Part shown: positions 24,101 through 34,864 of the stretch, piece after piece
How the letters are laid out: the number at the start of each line of letters is the position of its first letter
Position numbering within the stretch: the first letter of the stretch is position 1
NCBI RefSeq assembly: GCF_001194135.2
Contig: NC_068983.1
Span: 122,651,257-122,715,256 of the forward strand
DNA: 64,000 bases
Origin: Octopus bimaculoides
Taxonomy: Eukaryota
Direction of reading: 5' to 3'
Made by a program: the position numbers and the translations under genes
Notes under the pieces: model-generated
The model's database searches: none
What the model was told of the DNA's origin: nothing
The model's input: only the letters and a program-made list of their open reading frames with translations

Positions 24101-27100
24101 TAAACTCGTTCAATTAGGGTAATTCCACCCTAATTGCAGATATTATTTTTGTAATCTTCTTCTCAATTTCAACACTTTTTAAATATTTTATCATATTCCA
24201 TATGTTTCCCCTTCTGTAATCCTTCCTGTCTTCCATTATTGGTCTTCTCCGATGTTACTAGTATTGGTACCTCTTTCTTCTCTGTAGCTTTTTCAAATGA
24301 GGCTGCTGGCATCTCCCGTCTTTTTTTCTTTCGCTTCAGCAATTTCACTTTCTCCTCTGCGCTGGTTTCCCTTGGTGTTGCTGATCTCTCACACTGAGCC
24401 TCCTTTGCATTTTCTTTTCCCTTCTTTAGTGGACTTTTTGGTGGTGAGTCCATGTTTCCTTCTCTCTTCTTCTTTCTCTTCACCACCATAAACTGCTCCT
24501 GCACATTTTCTGTATTCTTTTCACATCCTGGGTTTTGCTCTTCGACGTTTTGTTCCTTCTCCTCGCCCTGCTGCTCCTGTTCCATGACATCCTCTTCATG
24601 TTTCTGGGGACACTTTGCCTTCATGTCTCCCCGTACTCCACACTGGTAGCATATTGGAGGTTTTCCCTCCATCACCACTCTTAATCTCACTTCCTCAGGT
24701 AATACGACCTCCCCTGCAATTTTGTGAAAATCCTGCAAACTGACCTGGACCGCCACCTCCAGGCCGTATCCCCAACAGTTTACCTTAGTCGTTCTTGTTA
24801 CTTTTAATACTTTAACTTCTTCCATGTTATAGAGGATGTCTGCCACCAGCCATACCCCATCAATCTCCGGGGGTACTCTACCAAACTTTACTCTAGCCAC
24901 ACGTTTGCCACAGTAAGTAGGCAGTAGTACCCACTCTGATGACCTTAACACCACAGTGGAGTGGTTTATCGCGTCCTGTTCATTCGCAAACCTAACCTCC
25001 ACTGTGCTGTACTTTTTCCCTCTGGTATAGAAAGTCGTGAGGTTTTTTACCTCCCTCAGACACTCTCTCAATGTTTCCACCGTAGCAATTTCAATTTTCA
25101 TTGCCGTGGACAGCGTTCTATATACTACTGTCTGCTTGGTTACATTCGCTGTCGTATCTTGCGGCGGGGTCAACCTTAGGCTGGTANNNNNNNNNNNNNN
25201 NNNNNNNNNNNNNNNNNNNNNNNNNNNNNNNNNNNNNNNNNNNNNNNNNNNNNNNNNNNNNNNNNNNNNNNNNNNNNNNNNNNNNNNNNNNNNNNNNNNN
25301 NNNNNNNNNNNNNNNNNNNNNNNNNNNNNNNNNNNNNNNNNNNNNNNNNNNNNNNNNNNNNNNNNNNNNNNNNNNNNNNNNNNNNNNNNNNNNNNNNNNN
25401 NNNNNNNNNNNNNNNNNNNNNNNNNNNNNNNNNNNNNNNNNNNNNNNNNNNNNNNNNNNNNNNNNNNNNNNNNNNNNNNNNNNNNNNNNNNNNNNNNNNN
25501 NNNNNNNNNNNNNNNNNNNNNNNNNNNNNNNNNNNNNNNNNNNNNNNNNNNNNNNNNNNNNNNNNNNNNNNNNNNNNNNNNNNNNNNNNNNNNNNNNNNN
25601 NNNNNNNNNNNNNNNNNNNNNNNNNNNNNNNNNNNNNNNNNNNNNNNNNNNNNNNNNNNNNNNNNNNNNNNNNNNNNNNNNNNNNNNNNNNNNNNNNNNN
25701 NNNNNNNNNNNNNNNNNNNNNNNNNNNNNNNNNNNNNNNNNNNNNNNNNNNNNNNNNNNNNNNNNNCGCTTTTACCTTACGATTATAAACTTTTTAAACA
25801 AATGTTCAGACAGGATTTACTTATTTTATTTTCGTTTTTTTAACCAAAAAGTTCAACCAAATGTTTTTCATACACTTTCTAATTGCTTTCTATTTTTCTT
25901 TTTTCCTCCTCTGGCAGGGTCATTTTTATATTTAACCCTTCTTTCTTTATCATACCATAATATTTGATTATCTTTTCCTCATTCTACTCCATCATCAGCA
26001 CACGTGGGCCTCTGCATAACTTTGCATTTTTCAATTGTTTCACTACCTCCCAACAATGGCGACTTCGCTTAAAAACTCGGCTAGAGTCCTTCCAAAAACA
26101 ACAAAAGAAAGCGGCTTGGTAGCTGTCGATGCCTATCTGCCTTTGTAAACATATAATAATTCAAGTGAAATACATTCACTGATTTCAAAAATAGAAATAA
26201 GACATTTCGAAATCTCTCAGAGAGAGTTATACAGTAGCAGCACAATAAAGTGATAGTATGTTGTCAACTTAATTCGACAGTCCCATGAAAGGGAAGAATG
26301 CTACTGCTATTTAGACTTAGGAAACACCGTTTCCTGTTGGCCTTGACACATTTCCTGGGTCCTTATGTTTACAAAGGGGAGATAAGCACCTCCACCCAGC
26401 ATCCAGAGACTAGTTTCAGAGTCATTGCTCATCATCAGTCTGGTGTAGCTTGGCTTGCTAGCTGAATTCTTTATTCTAAACACAGGGCCCAAACACAGTG
26501 GAGACTTACACAGACATGCGGGAACAAAAAACACATGAAAGGATGAATGTGAAATGAAATTAATTACAATGAAAATGAGACAGACATCTCGGCCCCGCTC
26601 CGGGATGAAACCGTGATTTCCTTTTCTTTTTAACCTTAATTTTAAATAATAATTTCCAGCCCCGCTCCGAGGCGAAAATGCGACTTACTTTTTTCGTTTC
26701 CCCTAACATTTTAAAGAAAATGTTTTAACGAATGTTCATTCAATAGTTACAGAATTTACTTATCGGACGTGTTTTTGCTTCGCTGNNNNNNNNNNNNNNN
26801 NNNNNNNNNNNNNNNNNNNNNNNNNNNNNNNNNNNNNNNNNNNNNNNNNNNNNNNNNNNNNNNNNNNNNNNNNNNNNNNNNNNNNNNNNNNNNNNNNNNN
26901 NNNNNNNNNNNNNNNNNNNNNNNNNNNNNNNNNNNNNNNNNNNNNNNNNNNNNNNNNNNNNNNNNNNNNNNNNNNNNNNNNNNNNNNNNNNNNNNNNNNN
27001 NNNNNNNNNNNNNNNNNNAAGCTGACCCCGTTAGAGGAGGAAAAGGCGAAAATGGAAATTTAGGTGGTGAAATATAAATCGTTTTCAAGGTAAAATAAAA

Positions 27101-30100
27101 GAATAGAGAGTGCAACGAAGGAGGATGTGGAGGAGTGTTGGAAGGAACTGAAAGAAGATGTGTCGTTTTTTACAAGACATACGCGTCTGTAGAGATCACA
27201 TTTGTATCGGAGGAGGCAGCAAGGAAATACGCCAATAAGACGTTAACTGGAGGAAATTGGAAAAACAGATTCACAGGCGCATAAACACAGACACGGAAGC
27301 GTAAAAGATAACATAAAGTTGCAGAAACCAAAAAGCACAGAACCTGAAAGCATAGACACACAGACGTAACATGCAAACTTACAGTCACACAAACATGCAG
27401 ACAAATAAACACACAGACATGCAATCGCATGGTCATCTCGCTCCCGCTCTGAAACCGTGAATTCCTTTCTCCTTTAAAACTTTACTTTTTAAGTAACAAT
27501 TTCCAGCATCGCTCCGAGACGAAACCGCGACTCCCCTTTTCGTTTTCACCTTACAATTTTAAAGAAAACGTTTTAAACAAATGAATTTTTTATTACCTAC
27601 ATGGGGCGAACACAGAGGGGACATACACAGACATGCGGGAACAAAAAAAACATGAAAGGATGAATGCAAAATGAAATTGATTACAATGAAAATGAGACGG
27701 CTATCTCGGACCTGCTCTGAGACGAAACCGTGATCTTTTCCTTTCAATCTTACATTCCAAAAAACGTTTTTAGGATTGCCTTTCAATGATTACTGGATTT
27801 ACGTTTTTTTTTCCTTATTTTTCCAACAAAAAAATTAACCAAATATTCTTTGTACAGTCTTTAAAACAAATCAAAACTTAACACTTTAACTTCTCTTTTA
27901 TCTGCACATAATCCAACACCGAGGCACGAGGTTCAATATCCACCTCCGACCCCAGAGGATTCACGCAATTTTGAAATTCTTTTAACTTTTAGGTGTCCTA
28001 TATTTGTGTGTTCTATGTTTTCCTGTGATTGTCCGTCTATGCTTCTCTGTGTCTGTGTATCTGTGTGTTTGTTTGAGTGTAATTCTGCATGTTGCGTCTG
28101 TGTCTTTAGGTTTCTGTGATTCTGAGATATCTTGTATCTGTTTGTCTATATTTCTCTGTGTTTGTATGTGTATGTGTGTCTGTGGGTTTGAATGTTTATG
28201 TACTTGTAAGTCCTTCACTGGTGATCCTACTGGTGAACCTTCCCCGTTTCTCGTCGCAGGTTGGATTATCTCTTCCAACGCTTTGTATTTCTTCTAATCC
28301 ACTATCGTTGGTAACTTTCTCCTCTCTCATTTTCTTGCTTTCACCTCCGCAAATCCACCGTCTTGTTCTTTTATCTGTTTCTGCTGTTTCTCCACCAATA
28401 TATTCTCCTGAATACTCTTCTCTACCATTTCCACTGCTGCTCTAGAACATCTCTTTCTTAAGTGCCCTCTTTCACCAGATTCGTAACACTTTGGGGTCTC
28501 CCCTCCAACATTATCTCCAGCTTTCCTTCATTTCGTAGCTCTAAAGTTTCAGGTATTTCGTTGTAATATTTCTGGCTCGCTGCACAAATTACCCTCTAAT
28601 CCGTAGCCCCACAACTTCACTTGTCGGGTCCGGCTTACCATGCCCATCTTTACCTCTTCGCTGTTTCCTTTCTTATCTCTGAAACAAATTGCGGCTATTA
28701 TCCACTCTAGTTCTATCCACGGTGGTGTTCTTCCCACCCTAATTGTGACGATTCATTTATCCAAACGGTTTGGCAACAATGTCCATTTCTCTCCCTTATT
28801 TATTTTCTTGGCGGTCTTTTCTGCCTCCTCCTCGAATACAAAGGTCACCACTATAGACGCATATATTTTTCCTCTCGTAAAGAACGCTATGTTGTCTCCT
28901 ATCTGTCTTTCCAAAATTTCTTCTATTTCTTCCTGCGGCGCATTTTCAATTCTCCTGTTTTATTTGAAAATGTTCTGAATATTAGCGTCTTCTTTTCCAT
29001 TTTCAGTTTTTCCTCCTCTGGCAGGGTGAGTTTTATATTTGACCCTTCCTTCTCTACCATATTAATATATTTCACTATCAGTTCTTTATTGCACTGCAAC
29101 ATTTGTTTCAGCACACTTGGGTCCAGGTGAACTCGACCTCCTATAGCTTTTGCATAACTTCTAATTTTATACAATTATTCACAATCACCAAACAATGGTA
29201 GGTTCGTCCAAAAAGCCGCAGCGAAGCTAAAAAAAAACGATTTCTTTATTACCCACAAGGTGCTAAACACAGATGGGACAATGCACACATGCGGGGACAA
29301 TCAACACATGAAAGAATGGAATAGTGGAATTATACAACGAAGATGGAATGGCCACCTCGGCCCCGCTCTGGAATGGTTACGTTATTTCAGTTATTTCAAC
29401 ACTTCTTTTCAAAATAAAACTCTAATTACCATTTTATATAGTTCTTAATTTCCTCATTTCCCCCACTGGAGCACCGGGTTCGAAATTCGCCTCGGACCCC
29501 AGTCAGTTTATATGTGATGGGAAAACCTCTATTTAACTTTCTATACTTATATTTTTCCGTCAAAATCCATCTCGTCTTCTTATCGTAACCGTCCGAGAGG
29601 TTCACTTTAACAATGTCTTTCATTCTAGTTATTTTCCTTTCTATTTTTTGTGTCGACCGATATGTTATCAAATATATTCTGTTCCTGTGGACCTCTTGCG
29701 TCTGTATGTCCTTTTTTGTTTTTGTGACTCTGTATTATCATGTGTGTGTTCTTCTATATTTCTTTACGACTGCATGTCTGTGTGTTTATTTGTCTGCGGG
29801 TCTGCATGTTACGTCTGTGTGTCTGTGCTTTTTGGTTTCTGCAACTCTATGTTATCTTTTACGCTTTCGTGTCTGTGTGTTTATGCGCTGTGAATCTGTT
29901 TGTCCAATTTCCTCCAGTTAACGTCTTATTGGCGTATTTCCTTGCTGCCTCCTCCGATACAAATATGATCTCCACAGACGCGTATGTCTTGTAAAAAACG
30001 ACACATCTTCTTTCAGTTCCTTCCAACACTCCTCCACATCCTCCTTCGTTGCGCTCTCTATTCTTTTATTTTACCTTGAAAACGATTTATATTTCACCAC

Positions 30101-33100
30101 TTTAATTTCCATTTTCGCCTTTTCCTCTTCTAATGGGGTCAACTTTACGTTTGGCCCTTCTTTCTGTACCATCTCTAGATATTTTCCAAATTTCTTGGCC
30201 ATGTCTTCATCCTAGTGCATTTCGTATTGCTTCAGCAGGCCTGGGACGACGGAAGCCCGACGCCACGTCGCTGCTGCATGTCTTCATTTTCTCCATCTCA
30301 GCAACGTCCACCAAACAACGGTGGAGTTATACTTAAAAGCTACTGCAAAGCAGCACAAAACGCCTAAAAAAAACTCAAAAAAAAACCGCAGCGAAGCAAA
30401 AACACGTCCGATAAGTAAATTCTGTAACTATTGAATGAACATTCGTTAAAACATTTTCTTTAAAATGTAAGGGGGAAAGGAAAAAGTAAGTCGCGTTTTC
30501 GTCTCGGAGTGGGGCTGGAAATTATTATTTAAAATTAAAGTTGAAAAGAAAAGGAAATCACGGTTTCATCCCAGAGCGGGGCCGAGATGTCCGTTTCATT
30601 GTAATTAATTTCATTTCACATTCATCCTTTCATGTGTTTTTTGTTCCCGCATGTCTGTGTAAGTCTCTACTGTGTTTGGGCCCTGTGTCTAGAATAAAGA
30701 ATTCAGCTTGCAAGCCAAGCTACACCAGACTGATGATGAGCAATGACTCTGAAACTAGTCTTTGGATGCTGGGTGGAGGTGCTTATCTCCCCTTTGTAAA
30801 TATAAGGACCCAGGAAATGTGTCAAGGCCAACAGGAAACGATGTTTCCTAAGGCTAAATAGCAGTAGCATTCTTCCCTTTCATGGTGCTACTACCGTATA
30901 AATCTCTCTGAGAGATTTCGAAATGTATTATTTCTATTTTTGAAATCAGTGAATGTATTTCACTTGAATTATTATATGTTTACAAAGGCAGATAGGCATC
31001 GACAGCTACCAAGCCGCTTTTTTGTTGTTTTTGGAAGGACTCTAGCCGAGTTTTTAAGCGAAGCCGCCATTGTTGGGAGGTTGTGAAACAATTGAAAAAT
31101 GAAAAGTTATGCAGAGGTCCACGTATGCTGAAGACGGAGATGACGGAGTGGAATGAGGAAAAGATAACCAAATATTATGGTATGATAAAGAAAGAAGGGT
31201 TAAATATAAAAATGACCCTGCCAGAGGAGGAAAAAAGAAAAATAGAAAACAAGACGGTCATGTTCAGAACAACATTTTCGAATGTAAATAGGAGAATAGA
31301 ACACGCGCTGCAGGAAGAGATAGAGGAAATGTTGGAGGAACACATAGGAGAACGGATAACATTCTTCACAAGAGGAAGGAAATATGTGACCATAGTAGTA
31401 ACCTTTGTATCAGAAGAGGAGGCGAAAAAATCTGACAACATGATGTTACAGGGCAAAATCCTTCCGTCGATAGACCCAGAATAGGTAATAGCCGCAACTT
31501 TTAATTCAGAGCTGAGGAAGAATGGAGAAGACCTGAGGATTGGAATGATAAGCCGAATACAACAAGTGAAATGTTGGGGCTATGGTATAGAAATAATCTG
31601 TGCAGTGAGCCCGGAATATTACGACGAAATGGCAGAAACTTTGGAATTACCAAATGTAGAAAAGCTCTAAATAATGTTGGAGTGGAGACCCCCAAAGTGT
31701 TACGGATGTGGTGAAGAGGGCACCTGAGAAGGAAATGCCCTAGAGCAGCAGTGGAAATGGTAGAGGAGAGTGTTCAGGAAGTTATAATGGTAGAAAACAG
31801 AGCATGACTGGAATTTTGTGGAGGTGAAACCCAGGGAAAGAGAGAGAAGTAAGTCACCGACGACAGTGGAATTTTAGAAGTGTAAAGTAATCGATGAGGA
31901 AACCCAACCCACGACGAGAAACAGAGAAAATTTACCAGTAAAGGACTTACAAGTACAGAGTCATTCAGACCAGAAACAAGACAACCCAGAATTGCAGAAA
32001 CCTAGACATAGACACACAGATAAAACACGTAGAATTACAGTCAAACGAACAGCAGAGATTTAGAGACAAAAAGAGACACCATGATAAACACAAACAAAAA
32101 GAAAAATTATACTGAGATATAGGACACCCCAACTTAAAAGATTGCAAAATTGAAAGACATTGTGAGGGACTGAACCCACTGAGGCTGGAGGTGGATGTTG
32201 AACCTCGCACCTCGGTGGTGAATTATTTGGACGAAAAGAAGTGGTAAGTCGTAATTTAATTAGAAAGTGTGTGAAAAACATTTGGTTGAACTTTTTGGTT
32301 TAAAAAAGGAAAAGAAAATAAGTAAATCCTGTATGAACATTTGTTTAAAAAGTTTATAATTGTAAGGTAAAAGGGAAGTCATGGCTAGAAATTGTTATGT
32401 AAAATGTAACGGTTTAAAGAAAAAGGAATCCATGGTTTCATCTCGCAGTGGGAGCGAGATGGCCGTCTCATTTGCAGTGTAGTTTTATTCATTTCACATT
32501 TATCCTTTCATGTGTTTTTTGTTCCCGCATGTCTGTGCATGTCCCCTTTGCGTTTAGGCCTTGTGCCAGTGATAAAAAATCAAGTTAGCAACTACGCCTT
32601 TTCTGTTCGATTTAATCATTTTTTTTTATCCCCGTGAGTTACATTGTTGATATTTGTTGAGGGTCTCCTGTAAGGGTGAACCTAATTGTTCAACCTAATT
32701 GTTGAGCTATTGAATTGTTCATTGCAGTTGTTTTACCTGTTATATTGTTTTCTTCGCCATTTATGGGTGAAGTTGTAAGAAAAGAAACTATGGAAAGTGA
32801 ACCAGTCGGCAACTATACTGCAGCAACGGGAAGAAGCTTGGATCTTTCTGGTTTGACGGCCAACATTTTTTTATGTCGTGTTTTTGGTACCGAAACACTT
32901 TCAAACTTCGAATACTTGTATATTTTGTGTTACAGAACAGATAAAAAATTTTGTATTCGAAGTTATTTCATGTAAAAAATTGTCGTATTTCGGTAATTTC
33001 AACCAATCGCTGACGTCTATTGAGGTGAAAACAATTACGCCGTGGAATGTAAACAACGGTGTTACGGGATTTTTTCCCTTGAATAAAATTAGTGCCGTTG

Positions 33101-34820
33101 TTTGTCAACAAAAACTATCCGTTGTCAACAACAACTATCAGCNNNNNNNNNNNNNNNNNNNNNNNNNNNNNNNNNNNNNNNNNNNNNNNNNNNNNNNNNN
33201 NNNNNNNNNNNNNNNNNNNNNNNNNNNNNNNNNNNNNNNNNNNNNNNNNNNNNNNNNNNNNNNNNNNNNNNNNNNNNNNNNNNNNNNNNNNNNNNNNNNN
33301 NNNNNNNNNNNNNNNNNNNNNNNNNNNNNNNNNNNNNNNNNNNNNNNNNNNNNNNNNNNNNNNNNNNNNNNNNNNNNNNNNNNNNNNNNNNNNNNNNNNN
33401 NNNNNNNNNNNNNNNNNNNNNNNNNNNNNNNNNNNNNNNNNNNNNNNNNNNNNNNNNNNNNNNNNNNNNNNNNNNNNNNNNNNNNNNNNNNNNNNNNNNN
33501 NNNNNNNNNNNNNNNNNNNNNNNNNNNNNNNNNNNNNNNNNNNNNNNNNNNNNNNNNNNNNNNNNNNNNNNNNNNNNNNNNNNNNNNNNNNNNNNNNNNN
33601 NNNNNNNNNNNNNNNNNNNNNNNNNNNNNNNNNNNNNNNNNNNNNNNNNNNNNNNNNNNNNNNNNNNNNNNNNNNNNNNNNNNNNNNNNNNNNNNNNNNN
33701 NNNNNNNNNNNNNNNNNNNNNNNNNNNNNNNNNNNNNNNNNNNNNNNNNNNNNNNNNNNNNNNNNNNNNNNNNNNNNNNNNNNNNNNNNNNNNNNNNNNN
33801 NNNNNNNNNNNNNNNNNNNNNNNNNNNNNNNNNNNNNNNNNNNNNNNNNNNNNNNTTCGCGAGTGAACAGGACGAGATAAACCACTCCACTGTGGTGTTA
33901 AGGTCATCAGAGTGGGTACTACTGCCTACTTACTGTGGCAAACGTGTGGCTAGAGTAAGGTTTGGTAGAGTACCCCCGGAGATTGATGGGGTATGGCTGG
34001 TGGCAGACATCCTCTATAACATGGAAGTTAAAGTATTAAAAGTAACAAGAACGACTAAGGTAAACTGTTGGGGATATGGCCTGGAGGTGGCGGTCCAAGT
34101 CAGTTTGCAGGATTTTCACAAAATTGCAGGGGAGGTCGTATTACCTGAGAAAGTGAGATTAAGAGTGGTGGTGGAGGGAAAACCTCCAATATGCTACTAG
34201 TGTGGAGTACGGGGATACATGAAGGCAAATAATCCATCAGGAATCACTGCAGAGATGCTCAAAATATCTGGCCCTGTACAGGGACGCTGTCAGTAAGGTG
34301 AGGGTTGGCAACGTGTACAGTGAAGAATTCCGGGTAGAGTTAGGGGTCCACCAAGGTTCAGTCCTCAGCCCCCTCCTATTTATCATAGTCCTCCAGGCAA
34401 TAACACAGAAATGCAAGACAGGATGCCCCTGGGAGCTCCTCTATGCTGATGACCTTGCCCTAATTGCTGAGTCACTATCAGAACTAGGGGAGAAGCTTCA
34501 GGTGTAGAAGCAAGGATTAGAATTGAAGGGCTTTCGAGTCAACCTAGCTAAAACCAAAGTCCTAATAAGTAGGAAGGTAGACAAAACACAAACCCCTTCA
34601 GGTAGATGGCCCTGCTCGATCTGTAGAAAAGGTGTAGGTAGAAACTCCATAAGTTGTACTCTATGGACAAGTGGTTGGCGTTTGGAAGGGCATCCAGCTG
34701 TAGAAACTCTGCCGGATCAGATTGTAGCCTGGTGCAGCCATCTGGATCGCCAGTCCTCAGTCAAATAGTCCAACCCATGTTAGTATAGAAAGTGGACGTT
34801 GAACGATGATGATGATGATG

Positions 34821-34864
<44 letters not shown>

